From Nymphaea colorata (taxonomy: Eukaryota), in contig NC_045138.2 of assembly GCF_008831285.2 (NCBI RefSeq), positions 2,666,001 through 2,730,000 on the forward strand: DNA of 64,000 bases. The letters run 5' to 3'. Made by a program: the position numbers and the translations under genes. A model generated the notes under the pieces. It saw only the letters and a program-made list of their open reading frames with translations. It did no database searches and was not told the origin of the DNA. This document shows positions 62,753 through 64,000 of this stretch, piece by piece (within the stretch, counting starts at the first letter, position 1; each line of letters begins with the position of its first letter).

Positions 62753-64000
62753 ATGGCGTTGGATGTTGCGGGTGTGGTCGATGTCATCAAGATTTGTGTC
62801 ATGAGCATTTGTCTTGCAGCATTCGTCTATTGCGGGGTCCTAGTGATTCGCCTTCGCCTTCATTGCAGCTTACAATCTTCACAACAATTAACGTACTTCA
62901 ATGGTCCATCTGCCCTTCGTGATGCTATCCTAGTGCGTTGCATTTGGTGGGGAATGAGTGAAATTTTGAGTACCAATATAACTGGACTGAAGTTGAAAAT
63001 GTTTCTTTCATGGGATCCAGAGCTGCAGTTGAATGCTTGCAGCTTTTATATAGTTTCGACCTTTGGACTCGCAGAGCCCAGCTTCTTCTTGGCGGTCCTG
63101 TTAATGCTTTGGGGTTCTTTACCAAATGCAGGACATATGGTGATGAGCAACACCAAAGCCATCACAAAAGTGATATTGTTCACGCTACCGACATTCTTGA
63201 TGCAAATATCACTTATCATACTTGGAGAGGTTGTACATGATCAACCTATGAGTGATGTACATAATCTACTTGGATACATAATGAAAGCCTACTACGCTCG
63301 AGTTCTATGGGTTGACCCTCACCACAAGCACATTGTATTGACATGCATATACCCTTTCATGAACTGTTTCTTTCATGGGCTATTTGCATTGGTATTCAAT
63401 ACCATTCTTTTGCGGACTAGGAGAAGACTGGCCTTGGTTACTGACAGAAGACTCAACTGGCAGATTCAGTCGCTGATTTTTGTGGTAGCAACATTGTTCT
63501 CTATTAGAATCATCACTCTGTGTTCACTTGTCTGGCTAATTCCGAAGAGCCTGGAATATGTGTTAGTTGAGTTCTTGGCATTCTTGGCGATGTTAGCCTG
63601 CCTGATAGTTGTGGTCATCATTCTTGTTTATCTTCCCGTAGCAGAATCACTTGCAATGGTATATGGAATCACCTCAACTTCAGTTGAACTAAGTAGAACT
63701 GCTACAAGATCTGATCAAAGTGGTGGCAATGACTCGACGACTTCAGAGCTTGTTTATACAGAGTCTGTGTCTGATGAGAGCCAGGAACTCCAAAGTGGTG
63801 GCAATGATACTACCACTTCAGAGTTTGTGCCTGTAGAGCCCGTATTTGATGATATCCAGGAGTTCCGAAGTGGTGGCAATGACCCGACCACTTCAGAGTC
63901 AATGTTTGATGAGATTCACGAGCTCCAAAGTGGTGGTGATGACCCGACCACTACAGAGTTTGTGCATGTAGAGCATGTGTTTGATGAGGGTCAGGAGCTC
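62753..64000 (+). CDS. Divergent CAND1 (At1g57680)-like ~7-TM membrane protein with an acidic tandem-repeat C-terminus; runs off the window end
   Basis: Manual translation from the ATG at 62753 (directly after a TTCTTCAG acceptor) is open for 416 codons: MALDVAGVVDV..QLTYFNGPSALR..IWWGMSEIL..QLNACSFYIVSTFGLAEPSFFL..CIYPFMN..SIRIITLCSLV..EFLAFLAM..ILVYLPVAESLAM. This parallels recalled CAND1 motifs QLGYFSGPW, IWWAVGEI, CKWYIVSNLGFAEPCLFL, CTYPLL and LVYFPVSDSMAL. It is absent from the ORF track because there is no stop codon in the window. Confidence 0.85.
   Translation, partial: MALDVAGVVDVIKICVMSICLAAFVYCGVLVIRLRLHCSLQSSQQLTYFNGPSALRDAILVRCIWWGMSEILSTNITGLKLKMFLSWDPELQLNACSFYIVSTFGLAEPSFFLAVLLMLWGSLPNAGHMVMSNTKAITKVILFTLPTFLMQISLIILGEVVHDQPMSDVHNLLGYIMKAYYARVLWVDPHHKHIVLTCIYPFMNCFFHGLFALVFNTILLRTRRRLALVTDRRLNWQIQSLIFVVATLFSIRIITLCSLVWLIPKSLEYVLVEFLAFLAMLACLIVVVIILVYLPVAESLAMVYGITSTSVELSRTATRSDQSGGNDSTTSELVYTESVSDESQELQSGGNDTTTSEFVPVEPVFDDIQEFRSGGNDPTTSESMFDEIHELQSGGDDPTTTEFVHVEHVFDEGQEL

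Overview
Eukaryotic, flowering-plant nuclear DNA: AT-rich, with spliceosomal introns, TA/GA microsatellites and many MITEs. Four complete + strand genes can be assembled by hand: (1) a 3-exon TRM/DUF4378-like gene (17019-22532); (2) a 5-exon PHD-finger plus telobox-Myb (TRF-like) gene with a GC-AG intron (24570-30181); (3) a 2-exon mitochondrial ATP synthase delta' subunit (33164-37545); (4) an intronless DREB-type AP2/ERF factor (53365-53901). There is also an apparently orphan neprosin (DUF239) terminal exon on the - strand (55477-55854). A 416-codon ORF missing from the supplied ORF track (62753 to window end) encodes a divergent CAND1/At1g57680-like multi-pass membrane protein with an acidic tandem-repeat tail. 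The rest is a degenerate ~180-250 bp tandem array (1-3230) interrupted by a hAT-like element, several MITE families, a possible solo LTR, and young 50-bp and 24/30-bp tandem repeats near 59-61 kb. No rRNA, tRNA or CRISPR array was seen, and nothing here demonstrates a new biological system. The best leads are the CAND1-like locus with its flanking repeats and a templated filler-DNA patchwork at about 8.6 kb. Family assignments come from recalled motifs, not database searches.
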